Source: Candidatus Altiarchaeota archaeon (GTDB lineage Archaea > Altiarchaeota > Altiarchaeia > IMC4 > QMZM01). From it: a stretch of DNA of 48,812 bases. Positions 28,983-38,544 of the stretch are shown in pieces. Positions within the stretch are counted from its first letter, which is position 1. Each line of letters starts with the position of its first letter. The stretch covers positions 1 through 48,812 of the forward strand of contig JAFGDV010000031.1 of NCBI GenBank assembly GCA_016931955.1, written 5' to 3'. Under the pieces are notes generated by a model, which made no database searches, had not been told where the DNA came from, and saw nothing but the letters and a program-made list of their open reading frames with translations. Both the position numbers and the translations under genes were made by a program.

Positions 28983-29063
28983 CTTATCCCTGTTGAATTT
29001 GCCTTAAGGCGAATTCCTCTTTCTTTTCCGTCAACGCTTTTCTTTCGGTAAAGAAAAGGGTTG
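28921..29063. repeat. Hairpin cluster A (four stem-loops)
   Basis: AAGACGC-tta-GCGTCTT; CAACCTTTT-acg-AAAAGGTTG; GAATTTGCCTTAAGGCGAATTC; CAACGCTTTTCTTT-cggt-AAAGAAAAGGGTTG. Confidence 0.85.
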
Positions 29064-29066
29064 CTG

Positions 29067-29819
29067 TTACTCTAATTTAACATAATTCCTTAAAACGCTG
29101 ATGTCTTCGATTTCTATCTCAACAACATCCCCTTCCACAAGAGGGCCGACGCCGGGAACGGTTCCAGTAGCTATGAGGTCTCCTCTTTCAAGCCTCATGA
29201 ATTGGCTGACGAAGCTCACCAGTTTTTCTGGTTTATAGATCATCAACGAGGTCTTGGCGTTCTGCCTGAGTTCGCCGTTGACCTTGCACGTTATCTGCAG
29301 ATCGGATGGGTCAACGTCTGTTTCAATGCATGGGCCGACTGGGCAGAAGGTTGGGAAGCTCTTCGACGCACTCCATTGGATCATCTCTTTTTCTATGTCG
29401 CGAGCTGTTACGTCGTTGACTATGGTGTATCCGAGGATATGTTCCTCTGGCTTTATTATTCTATAGCCTTCTTTCTTGATAACGATTCCGAGTTCGGCTT
29501 CGTGTTCTACCTGGTTTGAATTTTTCGGCAGGATTATGGCCTGTTCGTGAGCCAGTATGGAGTTCCGAGCCTTCAATGTGATAGTGGGTTTCTTGGTGGC
29601 GATCTCCTTCAGTTCGCCCATGTGTGCCCTGTAGTTGAAGCCGACGCAGACTATTTTCTCAGGGTAAACCGGTGGATGAAAGATTATCTCTTCCATGTTG
29701 TAGATTCCTCCAGTCTCTCTCCCAGGATTGAATATGTCTCCTGTGATCTCTTTCACTCCCGCATCATCCAGGATCCCCAGTTTCTCCCCCCCATAAGATT
29801 CAAATCTCACCAATTTCAT
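29067..29819 (-). CDS. Fumarylacetoacetate hydrolase (FAH) family protein
   Basis: KIVCVGFNY, EHEAELG, GYTIVNDVTARD, KSFPTFCPVGP, GDLIATGT. Confidence 0.95.
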   Translation of the reverse strand: MKLVRFESYGGEKLGILDDAGVKEITGDIFNPGRETGGIYNMEEIIFHPPVYPEKIVCVGFNYRAHMGELKEIATKKPTITLKARNSILAHEQAIILPKNSNQVEHEAELGIVIKKEGYRIIKPEEHILGYTIVNDVTARDIEKEMIQWSASKSFPTFCPVGPCIETDVDPSDLQITCKVNGELRQNAKTSLMIYKPEKLVSFVSQFMRLERGDLIATGTVPGVGPLVEGDVVEIEIEDISVLRNYVKLE

Positions 29820-31107
29820 CCTTCAACGCCTCAGATAGACTAGACAAAGCCTCCTCGCCCTGGAGGGGCTTCTTTTGTTTTTTGATTTTCTCGTATATTT
29901 CCATCCTCAGGAGGTTTCTGAACTCCAGATCGAGTTCATGGCATGCCTTATTCAATGCCTTATATGATTCTGAGTCGTATTTCAGGAAACACAGGATTCC
30001 ATCATAGCTGTGAGCCTTCACGTATTCCCTGATCCTCTCCGCCGTCACCTCAATGTATCTTTTTTTTATCTCCTCCGTCTCAAGGCCCTCATCCCAGTCA
30101 TAGGCGTTGAAGGGATACATGTCTTCGAACTCCCTCGGAACAACTCCGGCATTGCTGAGCATGACCTCGTGGATTCTATCCCTGACCTTCAACCTGTTCA
30201 GTTTCTCTATTATCTTTTTATGCGTTTCCGACTCAGAGTACGGCTTCCTATGAGAGCATGGGAGAAACAATATTATCTCCTTGCCCTTCGGGACCTCATA
30301 CCATCTGACAAGATAGTCCTGCCAGACATCAAAATGCGGATGCGTCAAATACTCTTCACCCACACCAGACAATTTCTCCCTTAACTCGGACGGGAACTTG
30401 GGGACAAACCTGAAGGTTTCCACATCAACCCCTATCCTCGGGTCATTCATCCACTTCCCCACTATGTCATAGAACTCGTCCTTGGAGAGGAAACTCCATT
30501 CACCCCTCACCCACATCTTCATAAGCCTGGACATATAGTGAGGTAAGAGGTTTATCAAAACAATGGAATCAGAATACTTTAGTGTGTATTTAACTGAGCT
30601 GTCAAGGCTCTCCTGTACGTCGTCGACGAAAGGGAGATTCACCAGGAGATAGGTTCTAGGCTTCACATCCTTCGACCGCAGCACTTCAACAGCTCGTTCA
30701 AAATCCCTCAGATGAAACCCTTTATTGATTTTATCCAGAATACGGTCGTCGGCAACCTCCAAGCCAATGGCGACCTCAAGCTGCATATCAGAGAACTCCC
30801 CCAATACCCCTGGTGTGATGAATTCCGGGCGCGACTCTACCATCAGCTTCCTTATCCCGGCTTGCCTGCACCTCTCTATGAAGTATCTCCTACCCTCAGC
30901 AGGCATCTGTTGTTCGTCAAAGAAGCTCCCCGAGCCGAAAACCTTTATATGATCAATTTCAGGTTCCAATGTATCGAAAAACAGGTCAAAATAGCGTTTC
31001 ATGTTTTCGGATTCCGGTTTCCTACCCTCTGAGGCACCGTAGCCACAGAATAGACACTTAGACCACTTGCAGCGGCCGAACTTCAGCAGGAATATCTTTT
31101 CCGGCAT
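29800..31107 (-). CDS. Fusion of RaSEA-like radical SAM domain and ArcS/DUF5591-like domain (putative archaeosine synthesis)
   Basis: CKWSKCLFCGY, GSGSFFD, ESRPEFIT, VAIGLE, INKG, TYLL; then LPCSHRKPYSESETH, GVVPREFE.MYP..YD. Confidence 0.8.
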   Translation of the reverse strand: MPEKIFLLKFGRCKWSKCLFCGYGASEGRKPESENMKRYFDLFFDTLEPEIDHIKVFGSGSFFDEQQMPAEGRRYFIERCRQAGIRKLMVESRPEFITPGVLGEFSDMQLEVAIGLEVADDRILDKINKGFHLRDFERAVEVLRSKDVKPRTYLLVNLPFVDDVQESLDSSVKYTLKYSDSIVLINLLPHYMSRLMKMWVRGEWSFLSKDEFYDIVGKWMNDPRIGVDVETFRFVPKFPSELREKLSGVGEEYLTHPHFDVWQDYLVRWYEVPKGKEIILFLPCSHRKPYSESETHKKIIEKLNRLKVRDRIHEVMLSNAGVVPREFEDMYPFNAYDWDEGLETEEIKKRYIEVTAERIREYVKAHSYDGILCFLKYDSESYKALNKACHELDLEFRNLLRMEIYEKIKKQKKPLQGEEALSSLSEALKDEIGEI

Positions 31108-31129
31108 TTTATAAAAAAAAGGGTCAAGC

Positions 31130-33145
31130 CTACTCCCTCACCAGCTTATCTTCTTCTCTAAGGCGCTTAAGTTCTCTCCTAAGAAGCTCTGCCTTCTCCA
31201 TCTCATCAAAATCCTTCATCTTCTTTAAGGCGTCACTCGTCAACGAAAGCTCGACACCGCCCAGAAATTTTGAGTTTACCTTGATGATGCCCTCCTTTTC
31301 CAGCTTCTTAGACCACTGCTTCAGGGTTTCTAGGTCAACGCCCAACTTCTCAGACGCCTTGGCTGCATTGATTTTTTTAACCTTAGTTATCAACGTCTTC
31401 AAATCCTCGGCAGATGGTTTCTTCACTGCAGAAGATTTTTGGGTTATAGGTTCTTCAACAACAGGCTCCTCCTCAACAGGCTCAACAACAGGCTCCTCCT
31501 CAACAGGCTCAACAACAGGCTCCTCCTCAACAGGCTCAACAACAGGCTCCTCGATCTTGGGGAACTTGGGGGTTTCCATTGGAGGCGTTAAACGGGTATC
31601 TTCCCTTTTCTCAAGCTCTTCACTATCCAGTCTCTCCCTTATCTTCCTCAAGTCGGCTTCTTTACGCTCCCTCTCCACTAACTCCCGTTCTCTTCTGGCT
31701 AATTCCTGCTCTCTTTCCGCAAGCTGCAGAGCCATTTCCTTTAACCTCTCCTCACCTTCAACCTCCTTGCCCCACTTAGAGAGTAATTCCTCAACCCTTG
31801 CAGCCTTCTTATCCGCTATCTCCTTCTGCTTAGTAAGATGTTCTTCTCTGCTAGCAAGCGCTTCCTTCTCTGTTTTTATCCGCTGGTCGAGCATTGAAAG
31901 CTCCTTTTCCCGCTCATTAAATATCCTCTCCTTTTCCATCACAGCCTCAACTTCCTTTTGTATATTTCCGCCCCTACTCTGTAGTTCCTCCTTGATCCTG
32001 TTTATCCTCTCCTCTCTGCTATCCAATTCTGGTCTTCTCTGCTCTAGCTCCTCCTTCTCCTTCAAGACCCTTTCTTCCATCTCATAGACTTTTTCTTCCC
32101 TACTCTTAAACTCATCATACTTTTTCTCTATTTTCTTTTCTCTCTCATTCATCTCGCTCTCCCTTTCTGTCAGGATAATGTCACGGCTCTTGATGTCATC
32201 CATCTTCTTTCTCAGAGTTGCTTCCATGCTCCTCAGACGATCCTCGATGGCCTTAAAACTGTTATTTTTTTCCTTCAATTCTCTGGCGCCACTTAAGATT
32301 GTTTCTTGTTTTACGGAAAGTTCTTCCTGTAATGATTTGATTTTTTCCTCCTCAGATAGGAGATTAGATTCCCTCCCCCAGATCTTCTTCTCCATGCTTT
32401 CGAGTTCGAGAATCTTTTGCTCCGAATCCCTTATCTTCTTGCTCCTTTCCTTGAGTTCGGTCTCGGCTGCCTTCAATCTCTTTTCTATATTCATCAACTC
32501 AGATTCTCTGCTGTCAAGCGCCTCCTTTTTAGCCATCAATTTCCCGCTTTCTTCCCTGAGCGCTGCAATATCCTTCTCGGCTTGCTGAATCTTCACCTCT
32601 CTTGCAACCAAACTCTGATGCGCATTTTTCAGGCGCTCCTCAGTCTTCTCCAATTCCTGTTTTTTCTTGATGAACTCATCCTGCCTTCTCTTCAAATCAG
32701 AACTCATAGACTGCAGTTCTGTGTTGAAATTCCGCAGTTCATTCTCCTTTTCGTTGAGCTTTTTTTCTCTAGCATCAAGTTCCAGAACCCTTTTCTCTGA
32801 GTTCTCTATCCTCCTTTTTCTCTCAACTAATTCAGCCTCGGCTGCCTTCAGTTTCTCCTCGAAGTCTTTAAATTCCGCTTCTTTAGTTTCTAGTCTTTTA
32901 TTTCTTTCAAGAAAATTCTTTTCTTTTTCCACCAGTTTGGCTTCCATTTCCTTCAGTATTTCCTTTATCTTCTCTAGTTTCTCTTCTTTCACCCTCAGTT
33001 TGCTCTCAACATCCTTTAAACCGATTTCCTCGCTAAAGAAAAACTGAAGGTCTTCTTCCTTGTCCTTTAACTCTTTCTCCCACTGCTCTAATTCGCTCTG
33101 CCTTCTCTTCAATTCCTCCTGGGTCAGGATTGGTCCACTAGCCAT
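31130..33145 (-). CDS. Long coiled-coil protein with Pro/Val/Glu linker and C-terminal winged-helix-like domain
   Basis: ~500 aa E/K/R heptads, (EEPVVEPVE)n, then KASEKLGVD..KQWSKKLEKEGII. Confidence 0.85.
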   Translation of the reverse strand: MASGPILTQEELKRRQSELEQWEKELKDKEEDLQFFFSEEIGLKDVESKLRVKEEKLEKIKEILKEMEAKLVEKEKNFLERNKRLETKEAEFKDFEEKLKAAEAELVERKRRIENSEKRVLELDAREKKLNEKENELRNFNTELQSMSSDLKRRQDEFIKKKQELEKTEERLKNAHQSLVAREVKIQQAEKDIAALREESGKLMAKKEALDSRESELMNIEKRLKAAETELKERSKKIRDSEQKILELESMEKKIWGRESNLLSEEEKIKSLQEELSVKQETILSGARELKEKNNSFKAIEDRLRSMEATLRKKMDDIKSRDIILTERESEMNEREKKIEKKYDEFKSREEKVYEMEERVLKEKEELEQRRPELDSREERINRIKEELQSRGGNIQKEVEAVMEKERIFNEREKELSMLDQRIKTEKEALASREEHLTKQKEIADKKAARVEELLSKWGKEVEGEERLKEMALQLAEREQELARRERELVERERKEADLRKIRERLDSEELEKREDTRLTPPMETPKFPKIEEPVVEPVEEEPVVEPVEEEPVVEPVEEEPVVEEPITQKSSAVKKPSAEDLKTLITKVKKINAAKASEKLGVDLETLKQWSKKLEKEGIIKVNSKFLGGVELSLTSDALKKMKDFDEMEKAELLRRELKRLREEDKLVRE
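31455..31552. repeat. Perfect 27-bp intragenic tandem repeat, ~3.6 copies
   Basis: Unit tcaacaacaggctcctcctcaacaggc at 31455, 31482, 31509 and partial at 31536. Confidence 0.95.
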
Positions 33146-33207
33146 CTTTTATAAGTATAAGGTATCTATTTTTCTGCTTTGGTTATATATTACTTCTAGG
33201 CAATTAA

Positions 33208-35406
33208 TTATTTCTTGTATTTGCTTTTAATGGTCTCCCTTATATTGGCTGCCTTTTTCTCGCCTATGCCCTCAACGTTCATCAGATCCTTCTTCGGTGC
33301 GTTGATGACGTCGACTACGCTGCCGAATTCCTCAAGCAATCTTTTTGCGAGAACTGCGGAAACGTTCGGCAGAGACTCTATGACGTATCTCTGCCTCTCC
33401 TGCAGGGTTATGGGTTTCTTTTCGCCCCTCAATGGTATCTCCTTTTCCTCGGGCAGCTGCTCCCTCTTCGCGATCAAATACAATATGTGAACTGTGTCGT
33501 ATTCGTCTCTGGAGCGCAGCACATGGATTCCGAAGCTTAATGGCAGCGTTATCAGTGCCCCGCGTATGGCGTTCGCGTGTATGTCTCTCAGGTAATAGAG
33601 GTTTTCCACACCCTCAATTATCATTATGGGTATCTCGAAATTTCTGGCCAGCTCGTTTGCCTGCGACAGCAGACGCTTGTCTATGATCGACTGCAGGAAG
33701 TCCTCTGTTGTCTTCCTTTCAACACACACCCTGTTGCTTAATATGAAGTCTCCGACAGGCAGCTGCCTTATCTCTATTTTTGCCTTCTCCCTGAGGGCCT
33801 TCAGCAGATTGGTACTTCTCTCCCTAGCATCCACGTATATCTTTATTTCCTTCTCTTCGTGGCTGACTGGGGGGCTGTATTTTATGAGGCTCTGCTGTCC
33901 GACGTCTCCCTCAAAGTTGTCCCCCATCTTCTTCACCATGGTCTTCATCTTCCTCTCCTTATGCACGGAGGCCCAATAGTATGCCTCATCCCTGGTCTCC
34001 TTCGCCATGAGCACAATAACCTTGCCCGCGGTGCTTCTCCCGGTTCTGCCTCTCCGCTGTATCGACCTTATCTCTGACGGAATCGGCTCATAGAATACAA
34101 CGACGTCGACCTTTGGTATGTCTATGCCCTCCTCTGCCACGGAAGTGGCGACCAAGGCGGTATATTTTCCGGCCTTGAAGTTTTCCAGGACGCTTATCTG
34201 CTCCTTTTGAGTCATCCCTTTTCTACCGTCCTTGGACGCCTGCCCAATGAATTCCCTGGCAAGGATGTCGCTTTGATTCAGTTTGTTGATTATTTCCTCG
34301 ACGGTATCCCTGTACTGAGTGAACACTATCACCTTCTCCCCCCGGTGTTCTTCCACTATTTCAGCTAGCTTATCCAGTTTTGGGTGTTCAACGCCCTTCA
34401 GATTCAGTTCATGAACACTCTGTGTCAGATAATTCATCCTCGAATCAGAGAAAAGCCGGTCTATGGCCTTAGACTTCTGTTTTCTAAGGCGCTGCAGATA
34501 GTTGTCCAATGACCCTATTCCTTGGGTTTCCAGCAGCTCGAGGGCGTGGCTTATCTTCAGGGCTGACGCAACCAGTGAAGCATTGTTGAATGATTTCTCG
34601 CCTTCAGCTATTTCTTTCCTGATCTCGGACTGCATCTGTAGGAGTGTTTTCTTATTCACTTTCTCTATGCTCGCGCTCTTTAAGTAGCCATTCTTCTTCA
34701 GCTGCCTTAGATCGTCCCTTAGTACAGATTCAATGACCTTCTTCACCTTCTTGAATTCCTCTGGAAGCTCGACCTTCACCCACTCGGTCCTGACCTTCTG
34801 GATGTATGGTCTGACGTCGGCGTCCTCCTCTGTTTTTGCTTCAACCCTCTGTATGAAGAGGCTCTTACATATCTCTTTTACTGTTTCACTGTCCGAGCTC
34901 GGCGAAGCCGTTAAACCCAGTATTAGGGGGTTCTCTGCGGTCTTCATGTATTCTTCAGCGATGTTCACGTATGAGTAGTTCCCAACTGAGCGATGGCATT
35001 CATCCACTATCAGGAGGGAGACGTTCTTCAGTTCCAATCCGCGGAAGATGTCGTTTTCTATCGTCTGCGGGGTCGCGAATATCATCTGACTTTTATTCCA
35101 TAGATCTTTTCTATCCTTGACGGGGTCCATGCCGGTAAGCACTACCGTGTCTTCCACTTTTAGTATTTCGCTGAACTTGCGGTGGTGTTGCACCGCCAGA
35201 GGCCTTGTCGGCGCCAGAAACAGTATCTTCGATTTCTGGAATTCATTCAGGCGGTGTGCTGCTATCATGGCCGCGATGATGGTCTTCCCTAAGCCCGTGG
35301 GTAAGACGATGAGGGTGTTCACATCCAATGCCCTTGAAACAACAGCCTCCTGGTACTTCCTAAGGCTCACGGTCTGCGGTTTAATCAGGGGATGGCTTAC
35401 ATACAT
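33208..35406 (-). CDS. hef: Hef helicase-nuclease (FANCM-like SF2 helicase + ERCC4/XPF nuclease + HhH)
   Basis: LPTGLGKT, DECH, TASP, QRRGRTGR, VDARE, GDF, VERK, GIGEK. Confidence 0.95.
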   Translation of the reverse strand: MYVSHPLIKPQTVSLRKYQEAVVSRALDVNTLIVLPTGLGKTIIAAMIAAHRLNEFQKSKILFLAPTRPLAVQHHRKFSEILKVEDTVVLTGMDPVKDRKDLWNKSQMIFATPQTIENDIFRGLELKNVSLLIVDECHRSVGNYSYVNIAEEYMKTAENPLILGLTASPSSDSETVKEICKSLFIQRVEAKTEEDADVRPYIQKVRTEWVKVELPEEFKKVKKVIESVLRDDLRQLKKNGYLKSASIEKVNKKTLLQMQSEIRKEIAEGEKSFNNASLVASALKISHALELLETQGIGSLDNYLQRLRKQKSKAIDRLFSDSRMNYLTQSVHELNLKGVEHPKLDKLAEIVEEHRGEKVIVFTQYRDTVEEIINKLNQSDILAREFIGQASKDGRKGMTQKEQISVLENFKAGKYTALVATSVAEEGIDIPKVDVVVFYEPIPSEIRSIQRRGRTGRSTAGKVIVLMAKETRDEAYYWASVHKERKMKTMVKKMGDNFEGDVGQQSLIKYSPPVSHEEKEIKIYVDARERSTNLLKALREKAKIEIRQLPVGDFILSNRVCVERKTTEDFLQSIIDKRLLSQANELARNFEIPIMIIEGVENLYYLRDIHANAIRGALITLPLSFGIHVLRSRDEYDTVHILYLIAKREQLPEEKEIPLRGEKKPITLQERQRYVIESLPNVSAVLAKRLLEEFGSVVDVINAPKKDLMNVEGIGEKKAANIRETIKSKYKK

Positions 35407-35451
35407 CTTATATATTTATATATGGAGACAACAATAGATTAATTGCAGAAG

Positions 35452-35964
35452 ATGAAGCTTGCGGAGAAAAACCTGGGCTACTACGCAAGTAACATAAAGC
35501 TGCCCCTGCTCTACTATATTATAGCAGTTATATTAGCCTTCATCGTGGCTTATATCCTCCCCCTCGATTTGGCGTGGCTTTTAGTCCTAGCAGTTTTATT
35601 GTTTGGGCCGATTCTTCTTCCAACATATATCGGATGGTCTACTGTCAGGAAGAGAGGAGGTGCCCTCACCCATGCTGCATTATCTGGTGCATTGCTGGGA
35701 GTGGTCCTATGCTCTATTTTCCTTATACTGATCATCTTATTTGCAGGGATTAGTTTCACTCTTTTTTCTGGGCAATCTGACACGACTGGATTGAGTCCGG
35801 AAACTGCTGAAGTCGTATTCTTGATCGATCAACTGATATACAGGGTCAGCATGGTTATGTTGGGTATCGCTGTTATTGGATTCCCGTTCTATGCTGGAGC
35901 GTACACTGCAATCTCTGTGACATGCGCAGCTCTTGGGGGTTTGATAGCAAAGAAAACGATGTAG
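35452..35964 (+). CDS. Hypothetical membrane protein (about 4-5 TM)
   Basis: Hydrophobic helices with Gly-rich packing motifs. Confidence 0.75.
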   Translation: MKLAEKNLGYYASNIKLPLLYYIIAVILAFIVAYILPLDLAWLLVLAVLLFGPILLPTYIGWSTVRKRGGALTHAALSGALLGVVLCSIFLILIILFAGISFTLFSGQSDTTGLSPETAEVVFLIDQLIYRVSMVMLGIAVIGFPFYAGAYTAISVTCAALGGLIAKKTM

Positions 35965-35967
35965 TCT

Positions 35968-36759
35968 TCAGTAGCTTCCTAGTATCTTGAGGTAGGTTGT
36001 TTTTTCTTTCACTGCGTTCATTACCTTCCCTACTTTTTCGTCTTTGAGCGAGCCTTCGAAGTCAACAAAGAACAGGTATTCTCCGAGTTTTTTCTTTGAG
36101 GGCCTTGATTCTATCTTCGTCAGATTTATTCCGTCGTCTGCGAACTCCTTCAGTGTCTTATATAAGGCTCCGGGCTCGTCCCTTAAGGCGAATATTATCG
36201 AGGTCTTATTCCCTGAACCCTCCCCCTTTGAGATCACGATGAAACGGGTCTGGCTCCTTGCGTCTTCGATGTTCTCTCTCAGGAGCCTTAAGCTGTAGAT
36301 TTCCGCGGCCTCCTTGGGACCGATTGCCGCAGAGTTCCTGAGATTCCTTACCTCCGCCATGGCGGCTGCGGTGCTCTCATGCCTCTGCAGTCTAGCCTCC
36401 GGGAAATTTTCGGATAGAAAACGCTTGCACTGAGCCAGGGCATGTGGGTGCGATATTATCGTCTTAACATCCTTAAAATTCGTGCCCGCTGGGCCTACCA
36501 GACACAATCTTATGTCCATTATCAGTTCCTTCACTATCTTCAAGTCGTATTCTATGAGGGAGTCCATGGTCGTGTTGACGCTTCCCTCAAGGGAGTTCTC
36601 AATCGCCACAACGCCGTATTCTGTTCCAGAATCCACTAGATCGAAGACCTCGTCCACGGTACTGCAGTAGGTGAATTCAGCCTCCTTGAATACCTTTCTT
36701 GCGGCGATCTCGGTGAAGGTCCCCATCGGACCTAAGACACAAACCCTAGTTTTGTTCAT
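35968..36759 (-). CDS. pheA: Prephenate dehydratase with ACT domain
   Basis: LGPMGTFTE, ENSLEGSV, SHPHALAQC, TRF, PGAL, NLTKIESRP. Confidence 0.96.
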   Translation of the reverse strand: MNKTRVCVLGPMGTFTEIAARKVFKEAEFTYCSTVDEVFDLVDSGTEYGVVAIENSLEGSVNTTMDSLIEYDLKIVKELIMDIRLCLVGPAGTNFKDVKTIISHPHALAQCKRFLSENFPEARLQRHESTAAAMAEVRNLRNSAAIGPKEAAEIYSLRLLRENIEDARSQTRFIVISKGEGSGNKTSIIFALRDEPGALYKTLKEFADDGINLTKIESRPSKKKLGEYLFFVDFEGSLKDEKVGKVMNAVKEKTTYLKILGSY

Positions 36760-36997
36760 TTCTACAGTATCTGATTACCTGCTCGAATATGCTCCTGATG
36801 AATCCTCTGTTGAGTTCAGTCGATTCCGTGATCTTGTCCAAGACCTGTTTTTCCCTTCCTAGGTCAGGTATGTCTTTACCCAGTTTCTTCTTTTCTTTCC
36901 CTATCTTCTTCGCTATGTTGACCCGTTCCTCGATAAGCCTCAATATTTCGTTGTCTATTTCATCTATTCTCCTCCTGTGTTCTTCTAGTCCGGGCAT
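36746..36997 (-). CDS. Chorismate mutase type II (alternative start 37009)
   Basis: RRRIDEID..L..ER..IG..K, D..RE..V, IF. Confidence 0.9.
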   Translation of the reverse strand: MPGLEEHRRRIDEIDNEILRLIEERVNIAKKIGKEKKKLGKDIPDLGREKQVLDKITESTELNRGFIRSIFEQVIRYCRNEQN

Positions 36998-38505
36998 TTT
37001 CTGCTCCATTGCTCTACGACGTCGATGTCTTCCCCTCCAACGGCGGTGACTCTCTCCCTGATCTTGACCGTCACTGGCAGCTTTGTTGCTGCCCCCGCAA
37101 TAATGGCTTCTCCGCGGGAGAGGCTTGGCAGGTCCCTCACAATATCCTCTGTGACGCTCTCAACTGACTGGCGGATGTATTCCTGGTCTGCAGGATTCAC
37201 TATCTTCAGTATTATTTGAGTGTTGCACTGGGATAAGACGTCTGCGTCAAGTCTGCTCGGCCGCTGGCTTACGATACATAAGCCGACGCCGAATTTCCTG
37301 CCCTCTCTGGCGATCTTCTTCAGGATGGACCTTGATAGGATCTTTCTGTCCTCTGAGGTCCGGGGGGCGAAGTTGTGCGCTTCCTCCACTATGAGGAAGG
37401 CCGGCACATCGAATCTGCCTTCGCCGTCTTTCACGTAAGCCTTCCTTGCTTCAAAGATCCTCCTGGTGATCGCTGCTATTATCGTCTCCGACAGTCTTTC
37501 ATCAGCATCTGATAGATCTATCACCGTGAGCTGGTTTCCTGCGACAATGTCTTCTATGGGCGTCCCCTTGAGCTCGAATATCGCCAACCTGTTAAGTCTC
37601 TCGATCTTCCTTATCGTGGAACCTATCGTGGTTAAACCAACCCTCTTGGATAGCTCCTTTATGTCGCCTTCGGATATGTTTTCAGCGAGGATGTCTCTGC
37701 CCTCTTTCGCGTCATAGATCAGTCCCATAACATCCTTTATTATGTTGAGATCGTATCTGTCGTAGAATTTTCTTGCAAGCGTTATCACAGCATCTATGAG
37801 GTCCCTCTGCGCCTCCGTCAGGTCCGGTACAAGGTTTATGAAGTCTATCGACCTGAGGGAGGAGGTCTCTATCTTGATCTTGCTGTCCCCTTTCACTCCG
37901 TAGACCTTCGTCTTCGCGTTGCCCATGCTTATGCCCTTGTATTCCCCATGGGGGTCGAATACGACTACTGCGCCCTTCTTCTTCAATAGTTCCTCTATAA
38001 CGACCCCAACGGTATAGCTTTTCCCGGACCCTGTCATCGCAAGAATCGCGCAATGCCTCGAAATCAGGTCATTAACTGAGATGTATACTGGAACGCTCTC
38101 TCTGGTGGATAGTGTTCCTACACAAGCGGCCTTCTTCTCTTCCTGGCGGAGGATTCTCTTCACTATGTCGTCATCCGCGAGGTACACGCTGGAGCCGGGT
38201 TTTATCCCATACCGGGGCATCTCCAAACCGTTGCTGCCCTCGTATCCAAGGACCTTGACTGTTGGGACTGGGTACTCGCCCTCATTCAACAGTATGTCCC
38301 CTAAACGTAGGTCTCGGCCGAATTCGTCCGGAAGCAGTTCATTGGAGATTATGATGTCTTTTATGATCCCCAGGATCTTGTTGCCTGTGACGGATTCATT
38401 GACGACGACGAACTCATCCCTCTTCACGTTTTTTTCCATGCCGTTCTTTATGACGAACCTGAAGCCTCTGAGCGTTGTCGAACCGATAACCTGCCCTATC
38501 TCCAT
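36985..38505 (-). CDS. herA: HerA-family helicase/ATPase (HAS barrel + DUF87)
   Basis: IGQVIG, RHCAILAMTGSGKS, FDPHGEY, EEAHNF, IAREGRKFG, SQRPS, SQCNT. Confidence 0.88.
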   Translation of the reverse strand: MEIGQVIGSTTLRGFRFVIKNGMEKNVKRDEFVVVNESVTGNKILGIIKDIIISNELLPDEFGRDLRLGDILLNEGEYPVPTVKVLGYEGSNGLEMPRYGIKPGSSVYLADDDIVKRILRQEEKKAACVGTLSTRESVPVYISVNDLISRHCAILAMTGSGKSYTVGVVIEELLKKKGAVVVFDPHGEYKGISMGNAKTKVYGVKGDSKIKIETSSLRSIDFINLVPDLTEAQRDLIDAVITLARKFYDRYDLNIIKDVMGLIYDAKEGRDILAENISEGDIKELSKRVGLTTIGSTIRKIERLNRLAIFELKGTPIEDIVAGNQLTVIDLSDADERLSETIIAAITRRIFEARKAYVKDGEGRFDVPAFLIVEEAHNFAPRTSEDRKILSRSILKKIAREGRKFGVGLCIVSQRPSRLDADVLSQCNTQIILKIVNPADQEYIRQSVESVTEDIVRDLPSLSRGEAIIAGAATKLPVTVKIRERVTAVGGEDIDVVEQWSRKCPD

Positions 38506-38544
38506 GATCTTATAGATATAAGGCTTTGTTTCATAAATCATATT

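Noticed and set aside
28366-29007. 213-aa plus-strand ORF
   Set aside because: Antisense to hisA, no family motifs
31455-31552. CRISPR array
   Set aside because: Contiguous in-frame tandem repeat without unique spacers; no cas genes in the window
36985-38505. HerA-based antiviral system (e.g. SIR2-HerA)
   Set aside because: No adjacent effector gene; flanks are housekeeping
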